A stretch of DNA of 64,000 nucleotides, taken from Felis catus (taxonomy: Eukaryota). Positions 26,917 through 40,199 of the stretch are shown here, piece by piece (position 1 is the first letter of the stretch; every line of letters begins with the position of its first letter). The notes under the pieces are model-generated. The model was not told the DNA's origin and searched no databases. It worked only from the letters and a program-made list of their open reading frames with translations. The DNA is taken from assembly GCF_018350175.1 (NCBI RefSeq), contig NC_058368.1, positions 44,084,001 to 44,148,000 of the forward strand. The letters are read 5' to 3'. A program made the translations under genes and the position numbers.

Positions 26917-29300
26917 GTGAGATTATTGAATCATATGGTAGTGCTATTTTAAATTTTGTGAGAAACCTAAGTACTGTTTTCCATAATTTCTATACTAATT
27001 TACATACATATCAAAAGTATGCAAGGGTTCCATTTTCTCCTGATTCTCATCAATGCTTGTTATCTCTTGTCTTTTTGAGAAAAGACATCACAACAGATGT
27101 GAGGTGATATCTAGTAACTTTGATTTGCATTTCCCTGGTGGTGAATGATGATGAGCATCTTTTCACGTGTTTTTGCCATCTGTATGTCTTCTTTGGAAAA
27201 ATGTTTGTTCAGTCTCCTGACCATTTTAATGGAATTATTTGTTGTTGTTGTTTTTGCTATTTATTTGTGAGTTCCTTATATATTTTGATTATTAAGCCCT
27301 TATTGGATATACAACTTTTTTTTTTCAACGTTTTTTTTTTTTTTTTTTGGGACAGAGAGAGACAGAGCATGAACGGGGGAGGGGCAGAGAGAGAGGGAGA
27401 CACAGAATGGGAAACAGGCTCCAGGCTCTGAGCCATCAGCCCAGAGCCCGACGCGGGGCTCGAACTCACGGACCGTGAGATCGTGACCTGGCTGAAGTCC
27501 GACGCTTAACCGACTGCGCCACCCAGGCGCCCCTGGATATACAACTTTGTAAATATTTCACCTATTCCATAAATTGCATTTTGATTTTGTTTATGGTTTC
27601 CTTTGCTGTACAGAAGCTTTTTAGTTTAATGTAGTCCCACTTACTTTTACTTTTTTTGCCTGTGCTTTGGCATCATATCCAAAATCACTGCCAAGCACAT
27701 GGTTCAAGTTTTCCAAAGTTTTCTTCTAGGAGTTTTGTGTTTTCAGGTCTTACATTTTTAAGTATTTAACTCATTTGAGTTGACTTTTGTATATCGTGCA
27801 AGATAAGGACCCAATTTAATTCTTTTACATGAGAATATCCAATATCCCCATCATGGTTTATTAAAGGCTACATGTTCTCCATTGTTTACTCTTGGCACCC
27901 TTGTATAGATTAGTTGGTCACCTATGTTTCAATTATATGTGGGCTCTCTATTCTGTTGCTTTGGTCTATTTATGTTTTTTGCCATACCGTATTGTTTTGT
28001 TACTGCAGCTTTGCAATATAGTTTAGAATCACGGAGTGTGATGCTTTCAGTTTTGTTCTTCTTTTTCAAGATTATCAGAACCTTCTGTGGTTCCATACTA
28101 ATTTTAAGATTGATTTTTCTCTTTCTGTGAAAAATGTTATTGTAATTTTTATAGAGATAGCATTAAATCCATATATGGCTTTGGATAGTATGGACATTCT
28201 CACAATATTAATTCTTTCAGTCAATGATCTCAGAATATTTTCCCACTTATTTCTGTCTTTTTTGAGGTCTCTTCATATATTTTCATGTCACAGTGTCCTT
28301 TTCTTTCAACTTTAAGAACACCCTTACAACAGTTCTTGAAAGGCAGGGCTACTGGTGATAAACTCTCTTAGTTTGTGTTTGTCTGGATGTCTTTTTATCA
28401 CTCTCATTTTTGAAGGACTATTTTTCCAGCTAATATTCTGGGTTGGCAGGGATTTTTTTTCTCAGAACTTTGAATATGGTATCTGCTGCCTCCTGAACGG
28501 CAAGTTTTCTGCTGAGAAATCCACTGATAATCTAATGGGGATTCCCTTGTATAAGTGTTTTGTTTGTTTGTTTTTGTTTTTGTTTTTGTTTTTTTTTTAC
28601 TTTATGCTCTCAAAATTCTCTTCTTGTCTTTGATGTCTTATTTACCTGATTCATTGTGATCCTTATAGCCTTGTATTGGTGTCTGTGCATTTAAAGGAGG
28701 AAAAACCTCTTCCAGTTTTTAATAGCTTGTTTTTAGCAGGTAAATATCTTCTCCTCTCAGTTCCTTGAGCTGATGGGATTATCTCCAAAAACATTAGGCT
28801 GGCCTGGAGCCAATTACAGGGACATTTCAGAATCTACAGAGGTACTGAGCTTGGAAGGCTTGCCTCCAAGGACACCCAGATTGTGGTCCAGAAGGGCTAG
28901 AGATGAGTCATGGGTCACTTCAGGGTCTATTGCCAGGACTGAGGTCTGTGGACTATAACCTGACACATGGGAAGATATGACTTCTCCTTGACCCATGGAC
29001 ATATGATACTAGGAGCAAGACCAAGGCCAAACACAGGTATAGCCCTGTCCACAGTGGGTTGGAGCCATTTCTGGTTCTGTAGCCAGGACCGTGTTGCATG
29101 AGTCAGCCACCTGGGTGCAAGTCTGCCTTCTCAAAATGGGGCTCCTAGGTCTTTGACTCCACTGGGGTTTCACAATGTATTACCAGGATCCCTCAAAGGC
29201 CCTCTTGTCTGTGGACGGCTGCTAAGTTATTGTTGCTGAGGGGGAATGCAAGCAAAGGAACCTCTATTCTGCCATCTTAATGATGTCACCCCAGACAGCT
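26917..29300 (-). mobile_element. Antisense L1 remnant: ORF2 3' part joined to ORF1/5' region
   Basis: Antisense ORF2 motifs 26917-28250 (tgatttgcatttccctg, tttaatgtagtcccact). ORF1-type text from ~28290 (tggtgataaactctcttagtttgtgtttgtctgg, tttctgctgagaaatccactgata). GC-richer 5'-like end with ctgccatctt. Confidence 0.75.
27319..27533 (-). mobile_element. Young feline SINE
   Basis: CpG-rich; perfect TSD tggatatacaacttt (27304-27318, 27534-27548). Confidence 0.97.
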
Positions 29301-29439
29301 TAATCAATTACTTTAATGAAAGAATTAATTATAATTCTCTCATTATAAGTAAATATAAAATATTATAATAAATAGTAAATAAATAAAATATAAAATATTA
29401 TAAAATAAATAGAATGAATTAAAAACACCATCATTATAA

Positions 29440-29562
29440 GGACACCTGTATGGCTCAGTTGGTTAAGCGTCTGACTCTTGATCTCAGCTCAGTTCTTGAT
29501 CTCAGGGTCATAAGTAAAAGCCCCGCATTGGACTCCACACTGGGCATGAAGCCTACATAAAA
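29440..29562 (+). mobile_element. Short CanSINE
   Basis: ggacacctgtatggctcagttggttaagcgtctgactc...gaagcctacataaaa; TSD-like ccatcattata on both sides of the SINE plus array. Confidence 0.85.
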
Positions 29563-30090
29563 TATATATATATACATACATATATATATGTATGTATATA
29601 TATACACATATATATACATACACTTTATATAATGTATATACATATACATATATAATATATATATACATATATAATGTATGTACATATATATATATACACT
29701 TTATATAATGATGGAATATATATATACATACACTTTATATAATGTATATACATATACATATACATATATAATATATACATATATACATATACATATACAT
29801 ATATAATATATACATATACATATATAATGTATGTACATATATATACTTTATATAATGATGGAATATATATATATACACACATACATATATATGTATGTAT
29901 ATATATACATACATATATGTATATATATACATATATACATATATATGTATACATACATATATGTATACATATATATACATATATACATATATATGTATGT
30001 ATATATATACATACATATATATGTATATATATACATATATATATGTATGTGTGTGTATATATATATATATATTCCATCATTATATAAAGT
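29563..30090. repeat. Complex (TA/CA/TG) AT-rich array with internal inverted repeats
   Basis: About 500 bp of TATATACA/TATATGTA units; source of the spurious Y/I-rich ORFs. Confidence 0.95.
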
Positions 30091-30606
30091 TTGCAATACT
30101 GAAAATGTACACGTCATCATTATTTGAAACAAACTGCTTTGGTGTGTGTCTTTATATGTGCCTACATGTGCACGCACACACATACACGTGTTGAAAAAAT
30201 ACTAATGTGGAAAAAACTTAGAATAATTATATCATGAACTAGCATTTATCATTCCAGATGTCTTCATTCTCTCTTAGAATCATAGGAAATGCACTTCCAT
30301 GTATAAATGTATTTATTTTTAAACCAGTCATTTCATTGCAACTTCTAATTATTTATTTGTGAATTAGGTGATTGGAGAGGTATAACACTTCCTTAAGAAA
30401 TAATTTGTCATTGAGAATTATAAACAATTGTAAATATCAACATATTAGCAGAAGGTTAAAAGTAATATTGAAAGAAGAAAGGACATGAAAGGTTTAAATT
30501 ACTTACCATTAAATTTTACCTTGGAATTTGGATTAGACATAGTGAATAGCTTTCCATTAAGGAAAATACTTATATCTTGTATAACATTAATTTCAATATT
30601 GGTTAC

Positions 30607-31075
30607 TTACGGAGTGGGAGATACAGGCTTCCACTTATGAAATGAGTAAGTCATGGAAATAAAAGGCACAACAGGGCGCCTGGGTGGCTCACTCAGTTAA
30701 GTGTCTGACTCCTGATTTTGTCTCAGGTCGTGACTTCACTATTCATGGGATCCAGCCCTGTGGGATCTCAGGGTTCATGGGATCACGCTGTTATGGAGGA
30801 GCCTGCTTGGCATTCTCTCTCCCTCTCTCTCTGTCCCTCTGCCACTCATGCTGTCTCTCTCTCTCTCTCAAGATAAATAAATAAACTCAAAAAAAGCACA
30901 CCATAAGGAATATAGTCTATCATATGTAAAAGCAATATATGGGGATAGATGGTAGCTATACTTGTGATGCACATAGCATAATATATAAACTTGTCAAATC
31001 ACTATATTGTACACTTGAAAGTAATGTAACATTGTGTGCCAACTATATTTGAATAAGTAAACAAACAAACAAATA
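30607..31075 (+). mobile_element. Carnivore L1 3' end interrupted by a SINE
   Basis: gagtgggagatacaggcttcc...gatggtagctatacttgtg...aaatcactatattgtacacttgaaa; TSD aatattggttac / aatactggttac. Confidence 0.85.
30674..30890 (+). mobile_element. CanSINE
   Basis: Head, (CT)n and tail; approximate TSD aaaaggcacaaca / aaaaagcacacca. Confidence 0.9.
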
Positions 31076-31590
31076 AATACTGGTTACATTAATCAGTAAT
31101 GCAATCAAAAAAGATATTTAACTAGTTTCTTTCCTTAACTGAAAATTTGTAAAATAAACTTACCTACCTCATTAGGATAGTAATTGCTGGAGAATAATAC
31201 AGCTTCATCATTGTTATTATCATATTTAAATGAACAAAATGTCAACAAACAAGAATTTTAAGTAGAAGCTAATTGTAACCAAGGTTTTGCCAGTCTAGTG
31301 AGCATGCATAGCTTGTATTGTTCATATTGGTTGATTCCAGAATGTTCTGAAGATATTGATAATATCGCTTTTAAAAGTTTTTTTCATAATGAGCATAAGT
31401 GATGAAAAAAATGTCTCTGTTGTATTAAAATTAAACCCTTCAGAAAACTCAGAAATTGATTTGTTTAACAAAATATCAAACATATGAAAAGTGGTGACTT
31501 ACATTTTTCCTGTAATAAAATTTACCTCACAAAAACATTTCAAAACATTTTTCTCTATATGTGATAATCCCCTTTAAAATAGTATTTTTA

Positions 31591-31813
31591 GGGGCGCCTG
31601 GGTGGCGCAGTCAGTTAAGCGTCCGACTTCAGCCAGGTCACGATCTCGCGGTCCATGAGTTCGAGCCCCGCTTCAGGCTCTGGGCTGATGGCTCAGAGCC
31701 TGGAGCCTGTTTCCGATTCTGTGTCTCCCTCTCTCTCTGCCCCTCCCCCATTCATGCTCTGTCTCTCTCTGTCCCAAAAAAATAAATAAACGTTGAGAAA
31801 AAAAAATTTTTTT
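31591..31813 (+). mobile_element. Young feline SINE
   Basis: CpG-rich; TSD aaatagtattttt. Confidence 0.96.
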
Positions 31814-34194
31814 AAATAGTATTTTTGGAGAAGCATATTAACTAGAATTTTACACTAGTACTAATTCAAATTTTATTTTTTGACTCATATAAATCTAGTC
31901 GTAACTTGTACTTTTTTGCAAAGGAATATTTTGTCAATTTGTTTTAACCAATGTCAGATTCATTCCCACATCTTGGGATAGCGGTATCTTTAAGGAAGCC
32001 TTACTGTTTTATAGAGCAGCATGAATTCATTCTTGCAAAATTTAACTAATATTACCTAAAATTATTATGGTAGCCATTGCAATAATCTAATGGAATTATT
32101 ACAAAAGAGCAATGAAGATTTAACAAAACACGTTATTATTCAAAGACTTAAAACTAAGTTTCTTATTAAGTTGTGCACAATGTTAAATTAAGCTTCTCTG
32201 TATTTTTGTGAGCATATCTTGTTTCATTAGAATCAGTTTTGTTTACATTAAAGGTGAATGCCACTCTTATAGCCTCTATTATCCAAGTGGATTGAAAATA
32301 TAAGGGGGAAATTAGTTAAAACCTAGTTGCCACAATAAAATGCAATAATATCAAACTAGAGGAGAATGAAAAATACATAACTCAATACAATCTCATTATT
32401 CATTTATCTGTTGGTTTTTCTATTACTGCAGAGAACTGCTGTGCACCAAAATTTGCTACAAAGAAGGAAAAAAACCTCAGTCAACATACTAACAAGAAAC
32501 AAAAATTTTAAAAAGTAAAACTTTTGATTTAATTACTTAGATAGTGCTACACCAGAAGTGGGATAATACCAAAATTGGAATTTCTGTTTATGTTGTATTA
32601 TAAACAATATATTTTGTGTCCTGAGTAAACATGTAGTAAAAGGAATAGTGACATGAGATTCCTTCTATTGGATTAAGAAAGTCTTATCAAAAATCTCCAG
32701 TGAGGTAAACCTATAAAAAACTGGTTGGTATTCGCTATCTTGTAAATATGAGTTAATTTACTCAGAAGGAAGAAAACTAAAATATTCTGATTGAAAGCCT
32801 GAAAAAAGAAAACGATTAGAAGAATAATGTCTTTATTTTATGATATCCAAATTGACTATTTTTTATGGTCATGTGATGTATTTTGATTCTGCTATTCTGG
32901 CCATGAGTTCCTTATATTATTATAGTACTTGCTATATCAAAATAAGTGAAAAGCAGTATAAATGAGTCACTGTCTCTGGCGACCAGCCCTGACTCTGCCA
33001 TGAACCAGCTAAGTGACAATTCCCTTGATATCTCAAGAAGCCTGAGAGCCTGTAAACACTCATTTCTCTTATAGCATTATCAATCTAAAATTATAATAGT
33101 AAAAGCACATTTAGAGCAGTGGTTTTAAAACTATAGTCATGGAACCATTGAAAAAGGGAACCCAATAAGCAAGACCTCTGTCCATCCCTTCTCAATCAGA
33201 AATCAGCTTCTGTATTCTTTTATATAAGAGTTTCCTGTAAAAATATACTTATGGTAAATATATATATTTTAATACATAAATACACGTAACATATATTTAA
33301 TATATTTTATATATTAAAAATAAATGTGTAGGTTCATATATATATATTTATAATATATTTATATATAAGTATGCACATATAAGTATGTATCTTTTTGCTC
33401 TAAAAGACTTTTGACACAGCCTTGCTTCAATTTGTGTGGTAACTTTCTTTTTTGTTCGTTTTTGTGTTTTGTTTTTTGTTTTTGAAGATATCAGAGTTTT
33501 TATTGTTTTAAGGTTTTTATTTTAATTCCAGTTAGTAACATACAGTGTTACATTAGTTTCAAAAGTACAATATAGCGATATTGTGATTTCTTTCAACATG
33601 ACATTAAATCACAGTGAACTAAGGGTATTTACAACTAAGCTTTGTTAAAACTGAATTTTTTGGTTGAATACAGTTTCAATCAATAAATGTTTCTAATGTT
33701 ATTGTGTACAAATATCTTTTAAGTGGAAAATAAATGTGTGTCTAGGTGAGATATATGTTGAATAGTTGCAGTTTTTTTCCTTTCTTAACTGCTGTCTTAC
33801 AGATATGCAAGCTGTTTATTTAAAATTTTCTATTTGTCATGAAATTAAATGTATGGCAATAGTATTATAGGGAATGAGTAGGCACTAACTGCTTATGTGT
33901 ACTCTGAGAAGAACTGAATTTTCACTTAATTTTATGGGAGTTATATTTTCAATATATTCATATATGGAGACAGAATTATGGAATAAGAAAAAACAAAGTT
34001 TTTAATGTTGATTACTAGGAATCATTTGCACTCAAATAGATCTTAAATTTGACATTTGTTTTTTCATAGTCATAGATATTATATTCAACACAATTGTCTT
34101 AACCTTGTTTCAAACTGAAATTTAACTAAAGAAGAGTTTCAACTAAGCACACTCAACCTAAGGACAATCACTTCAATATAAAATGATATTTACA

Positions 34195-34410
34195 GGGGCA
34201 CCTGGGTGGCTCAGTCGATAAGCACCCGACTTCTGATTAGGTCTGATCTCACCTTTGTGAGTTCAAGCCCCAAGTCCGACTCTGTGCTGACAGCTTAGAA
34301 CCTGGAACCTGCTTCGAATTCTGTGTCTCCCTCTCTCTGACCCTCCCCCACTCTCACTGTGTGTCTCTCTCTCTCAAAAATAAATAAATGTTAAAATAAA
34401 ATAAAATAAA
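34195..34410 (+). mobile_element. CanSINE
   Basis: TSD ataaaatgatatttaca / ataaaatggtatttaca. Confidence 0.93.
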
Positions 34411-35063
34411 ATAAAATGGTATTTACAAAACTATTCACCAAGTTTATCCTTAGCTATTTTTGTTGGTATCTTCTAATAAAATTTCGAGTGTAACATGGAA
34501 TATAAAAAAATCTAATAATATTTTAACATTGATATACAGATTATATGATCTGTAAAATAAATGCTTTGTGAGAACATTTGCAAATAAAGGGTGTAAAAGA
34601 GCACATTATAAAAATAGACACTTTCATAAATGATGAATAAATTTTAACATCTGTAATTAATCTTTGAATAAAAGGCCATAAAATGGAGAGATGGGGTTAG
34701 CAGAACATTACCTAAAATTATTATCAAAACTTCCCCCTTTTACAGTGGCTAAATTATTTGCTTGCTGCAGGTTACATGTTTGTAGCTTGTAATTATAGGA
34801 CTTTAATACAGAAAGAGAAAAAAAAAACACCTTTGGAATAACAATGCTGAAAAATGAGAAGAAAAGTAAAAGAATGAATTGAGAATTATTTTTCTGCAAT
34901 AATAGAAGCAAAACAATTTTGTCATGGCATGCAATTTGAAGACATGGAACACTGCTAATTAGGTAAGATAACAAAGTTACTACACTGTGAACAAGGGCAC
35001 ATTCTACTCATTTGTGGTTTTTAAATACTATTCTAAATAATACACTGCTTAATTAAGCAAACC

Positions 35064-35065
<2 letters not shown>

Positions 35066-35102
<37 letters not shown>
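35066..35102. repeat. (GT)n microsatellite
   Basis: Directly visible. Confidence 0.95.
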
Positions 35103-35106
<4 letters not shown>

Positions 35107-35477
35107 GTGTCTTTGACAAAATAAATGAAATCTTATAAACCTACCACAGAGCTGAAGATTGTTTTCTACATGCAAGCATATTTTATACATTTCTTTAAGA
35201 TATCAGAAAAAATAGAGGAAAAGGCACTGGAAAATCACTGACAATCAATCTACCTAGAAAAGCAGTCCGTTGCCATGGGAAGTAATTAAAGGAGATCTTT
35301 GAGAAGGTGTAGGTAGAGAGGGTGGAGGTGAGAGTATGGAGGGGAATGGGAGGCTCAGATGAAATCTTTTTCAACACTATGTAGTTCAGAGGTGGTTGAA
35401 AGGTGCCGAGCAATGAGGCTCAAAAAGAGCAAGAATTAATCAAACAAAAAGCTCCCCAGTGGGTCAACCTCACACTG

Positions 35478-35532
35478 AAATAAAATAAAATAAAATAAAA
35501 TAAAATAAAATAAAATAAAATAAAATAAAATA
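35478..35532. repeat. (AAAAT)n pentanucleotide repeat
   Basis: Directly visible. Confidence 0.95.
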
Positions 35533-35976
35533 GTAAAATAAAAAGAACTTTTTACTGACAGACAAGAGCTTTGCTGGCAAGGAGAAATGCAGTGTCATAC
35601 CTTCCTTTTTTTTTTTTAAATTTATTCACTTATTCATTTAACATGTATTTAATGAGCTCCCACACTTTGTCAGGCATTTCTCAAGATGAATCACAAACAG
35701 GGGACAAAACCCATAGATAATTGGAAAGGAATCCAGGACAAAGGCAGATCTTTAAAGTACAAATATTGTTAGTGTTGTTGTTCCTTGGCAATCAGAAAGA
35801 AGAAACACAGAGAAACAAAGTTTCCAGGTATGAGTTTCCCATGATTCTGACTCACTCCATATGTTATCAATAGATTGCTGGATTTCTATACCAAAAATGA
35901 AAATTTTTACCATCCTTTCTCTTTTAATTGAAAATAAATTGAAAAAAAAGAATTTTTTTTACACAAAGGCTTTAAA

Positions 35977-36177
35977 ATTTTTTTTAATGCTATTATTATT
36001 ATTTTTTTTTCAGAGGGGCTGGGGGCAGAGAGAGAGAGGGAGACACAGAATCCAATGCAGGCTCTAGGCTCTGAGCTGTCAGCACAGAGCCTGACATGGG
36101 GCTCCAACCCACAAGCCATGAGATCATGACCTGAGCTGAAGTTGGACACTTAACCAACTTAGCCACTGAGGCGACCC
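35977..36177 (-). mobile_element. CanSINE
   Basis: Reverse-complement SINE body. Confidence 0.9.
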
Positions 36178-36664
36178 ACATGGGGGAAGAATTTTGAGAG
36201 AACCTAAGTAGATATTAAGTGATACAAATATTTTATTTGCATCTGGTTTTAAAGGTTACTTTCTTTGATTATGCTTAATAAAAAGGAGGGACGATTATGA
36301 AAAGATTCTAAAACTTGGACCCTGGTATATCTCATTTCCTGTATAAAAGTATTCATTTATACACATACTTACATAACATGAAGAAACCTGAAAGATGCCG
36401 TTAGAGGACAAGAAATGTGCAGGAATTGCTGAGAATAAAATGCAAATAAGATCAAATGATGGGAAACAAGAATAGAGAAAAGAACAGACAAAAACTACGT
36501 TTGTAATTGAAAACTCAAAATAAAGATAAGAACACTTTTCTCTAACAAAGACTAGGAGGAGGACCCAAGCTCAGGTAATTAAAATTAGAATAAACACAAA
36601 AGAGAAACAAGGCTAACTAATTGTAGAATGGCACTTATATGAAGTATGCCATTCAAGTTTTTAA

Positions 36665-36889
36665 ATTTTTCTTTTTTTAAAGAATTTTTTTAAGTTTATT
36701 TATTTTTGAGAACGAGGCAAAATGTGAGTGGGGGAGGGGCAGAGAGAGAGGGAGACACAGAATCTGAAGCAGGCTCCAGGCTCTGAGGTGTCAACAAAGA
36801 GCCAGATGCAGGGTTTAAACTCATGAACCTTGAGATCATGACCTGCGCCCAAGTGGAACACTTAATTGACCAAGCCACTCAGGCACCCC
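36665..36889 (-). mobile_element. CanSINE
   Basis: Reverse-complement SINE ending caggcacccc. Confidence 0.9.
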
Positions 36890-37104
36890 CATGTTTTTTT
36901 ATTTCTTTATGAATATCTTTAAGAATATGGTATTATTTGGAATCAGGATAAGATTCCACAAATTGTAAAAGTTTGATGATAAAAATGTCTGTATTTAAAA
37001 GATGAATTAAAAACAAAACAAACATGAAAAGTAAGGGATTAGAACATAAGTACATATGTCCTGATAATGTTGAAAAGGCACAACATATAAAAATTATAAA
37101 TTTT

Positions 37105-37262
37105 GGGGTCACCTGGGTGGCTTAGTTGGTTAAACATCCGACTTCAGCTTAGGTCATGATCTTAGGGTTCCTGAGTTCAAGCCCTTGATGGGGTTCTCTG
37201 CTGTCAACATGAAACTGCTTTGGATCCTCTGTCTCCCTCTCTCCCTCTGCCCCTCCCCTACT
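37105..37262 (+). mobile_element. CanSINE, 3' tail missing
   Basis: ggggtcacctgggtggcttagttgg head. Confidence 0.88.
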
Positions 37263-37650
37263 TCAGAGTAGTTTGCTAAACAGTAGCATTAATGTAAAAT
37301 AGACCATAATATATGAGATGAAAATTATCTCTTTTTATATGACACAACTTTACTTTAAAAAAAATGCAGTTTTTTTTCCACAAACAAAACCTAACTTTAA
37401 GGTATAAAACCCAGTGTATGTTAAAAATAATAGTAAATTAAAAAGGTGATTCAGAAAGGTTGAGAAATATATATGAGATGAGAGGCTAAGCAGCTAAGTT
37501 ATAAAACAAACAAAAGCTCTTTTGACCAAATAAATATACACAAAACAGTAAAATATGGAACTAAATAATAAAATATATCATGTAAAACCTGAAAAGCAAG
37601 GGGAAAAAATGATGTCCCTAGTTAAATCTAAGATTTATCTACATTTTAAA

Positions 37651-37664
37651 ATATCGTTTATTTT

Positions 37665-37707
<43 letters not shown>

Positions 37708-37837
37708 CTTAAGCAGGCTCTATGCTCAATGCGGAGCCCAACGTGGGGTGTGGGGCTTGATCCCATAACCCTGAGATCATAACCTGAGCCGAAATCAAGA
37801 GTCCAATGCTCAAATGACTGAGCCACCCAGGTGCTCC
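37651..37837 (-). mobile_element. CanSINE with (GA)n
   Basis: Reverse-complement SINE. Confidence 0.9.
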
Positions 37838-38119
37838 TACATAGCCATTTTAAAGTAAAGTGTGATATCCTGACTTTCTTCTCTGAATAATTCATTATGC
37901 TTAAAAAAGTAAGTATACATTGTCATAATTATAAAAATATCATTATCCATAACAAAATAAATTCCCTAATACAATTTTATATCTAGTTTACATTCATATG
38001 CCCCTAAAACATCTTGTATATGTGTCAGTTTGTTTGTTTTGATTCAGGATCCTGTCAAGTGTAGATGGATTGCATCTGATTTTTATTATTTTTTAGTCTC
38101 TTAATCTAAGATAACCCCC

Positions 38120-38218
38120 ACTCCTTCCTCCTTCCCTTTCTTCCTTCCTGCCTTCTCTCCTGTCTTCTTTTCTTCTCTCCTTCCTTCCTTCCTTCTTTCT
38201 TTCCTCTCTTCCTTTTCT

Positions 38219-38275
<57 letters not shown>

Positions 38276-38300
38276 TCTATTCCCCCCCCCACCTTTCTTT
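38120..38300. repeat. Pyrimidine tract with (TTTC)n
   Basis: Directly visible. Confidence 0.9.
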
Positions 38301-38400
38301 CTTGAAAAATGTAGTTTTGAAGATAAAAAGCCATTGTCTTTTATAATATCTTTTATTTTGAAAGAAAAAATGCATCAGTTGATACCAATAAGGCCTCTTT

Positions 38401-38623
38401 GGGGTGCCCGGGTGGCTCAGTCAGTTAAGCATCCCGCTTTGGCTCAGGTCATGATCTTGCAGTTTCTGGATTCAAGCCCCACGTCGATGGGCTCTGTTTG
38501 GACAGCTGGGACCCCGGAGCTCTCTTCGGATTCTGTGTCTCCCTTTCTCTCTGTCCCTCCCCTGCTTGCACTTTGTGTCTCTCTCTCTTAAAAATAAATA
38601 AATGTTAAAAATAATTAAAAAAA
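38401..38623 (+). mobile_element. CanSINE at the 5' edge of the ERV remnant
   Basis: TSD aataaggcctct / aataagggctct. Confidence 0.93.
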
Positions 38624-39920
38624 AATAAGGGCTCTCTGAAGAAGAAAAAAGCACCCATATCCTGTCTGATGCTAAAATACTCAAGGTGAATTAATTACAA
38701 ATATAGACAGTCAGACTAATCAATATCTGGTAGGTACAGATGCTACTCTTTCTACATTAAACCCTTCAATCTTTGTTCAGCCTCTTCCCCCAAGTAAGCA
38801 TATCACGTATTCGATGGGTATTGAAAATGACCCACAGATACTCACTATCTTCTAGGCCTTAACTGTAAGCCTTAGACCCTAGGATAAAAACCATTCATTC
38901 CTCCTCTGTGATCCAACCACTGTAAGTTTAATAGGGGCAGATTTACTTTGTAAATGGAATTATAATATTAAATCCATACAAAAATGACTTAATTCTTGAA
39001 ATTCCAGGAAATTTGTCCATTCCTATTTAAATTGTGCCTGATCCCTCATATGTGAATCATATCCCAGATAAAAACCTTCATACCAGACTTAGCTCTCTAT
39101 AGGATAAAATTCCACAGACTTTGGAAAAATAATTGGAGCAGACCTATTAATGGATAGAGCCCATAAACCATTATCCAAACTTCCCTAGTATCATTTCATG
39201 ACAAAAGCAAAGGAAGAACACATCTATATTTGGAGCCTTAATTTCAAGTGTTCTCATATCTCCTACATTTGTCTTTGTAACACTTCTGTCCTGCCAGTCA
39301 GAGGACCAAATAGACAATAATATTGATTTGTTCAAGACCTCAGGGCCATCAACAGAATTGCTCTCCTTCACTGCCTGGTGATACGTAACCAAAACACTAT
39401 TCTGTCATCAACTACACCTGAAGCTATTCCGCTGTAGTTTATCTTTGCATTGTACTTTTCAGCGTGCCTCTAGACCAGAACAGTCAATACCTCCTTGCCT
39501 TCACCTACGAAAGACAACAACATGCATGGGTGTTCATGTCCTCGGTACTTACTGGAGCCTGACCCCCCTGACACACTGCTTAACTGTGTCATCAATCAAG
39601 ACTAAATGATCTAAATTGCTCTTGTGTTTCAGTTTTGATACAATATGTAGATGATTTCCCACTCTGTCTGGAAAATAAAGAAGTTTGTAAAAAGGATTTC
39701 ATTTCCATGCTTTCTGCTTTAACAAAGAAGGGACATAAAATTTCAAAAGACAAATTACAATTTTGCCAAGATACAGTTATTTAGCCCATCCTATCTAAGG
39801 AGAGAAAAACCCTCTCTTCTGATAGACTAAAGACTACCTAAGCATATCCTAGATCCTTTACAAAACAATGAAAAGGATTTTTAGGTTTAACTGGATATTG
39901 CAGGTAGCGGGGATCATTTT
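38624..39920 (+). mobile_element. Decayed class I (ERV1-like) protease and reverse transcriptase
   Basis: Hand translation: QYLVGTDATLSTLNP (38721-, degenerate DTGA), HSFLLCDPTTVSLIGADLLCKWN, LCNTSVLPVR, FVQDLRAIN (39327-39353), FSVPLDQNSQYLLAFTY, LIQYVDD (YVDD 39644-39655), KGHKISKDKLQFCQ, GFLGLTGYCR (39875-39904). Many stops and frameshifts. Confidence 0.92.
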
Positions 39921-40199
39921 TTCTTAGATTAAGATACTTCTTTATAAATTGACTTACATTATAAACATGTTTTTTTAGTAACAGGAAAGTCCTCACTAGT
40001 GATTCAAACCTTTTAGAGCCCAAATAGTACCCAGCTGAGAAAGGAGAAGTTCTCAGATGTTCTTCTCCTATCATGCCCCCCTACCTCTTCCTCCTTAAGC
40101 AAGGTGGCCACTGTCAGGACACTCTGAAGGAGGACTTCTTTAATAATGTGTCCCACAAGGTTACACACTTGGCATCCTTGGTATCAAAACCACCTTCTC

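Noticed and set aside
29455..30194. Cluster of Y/I/M-rich ORFs; array superficially like a CRISPR repeat
   Set aside because: Translations of a TA microsatellite; no repeat-spacer structure, and the context is eukaryotic.
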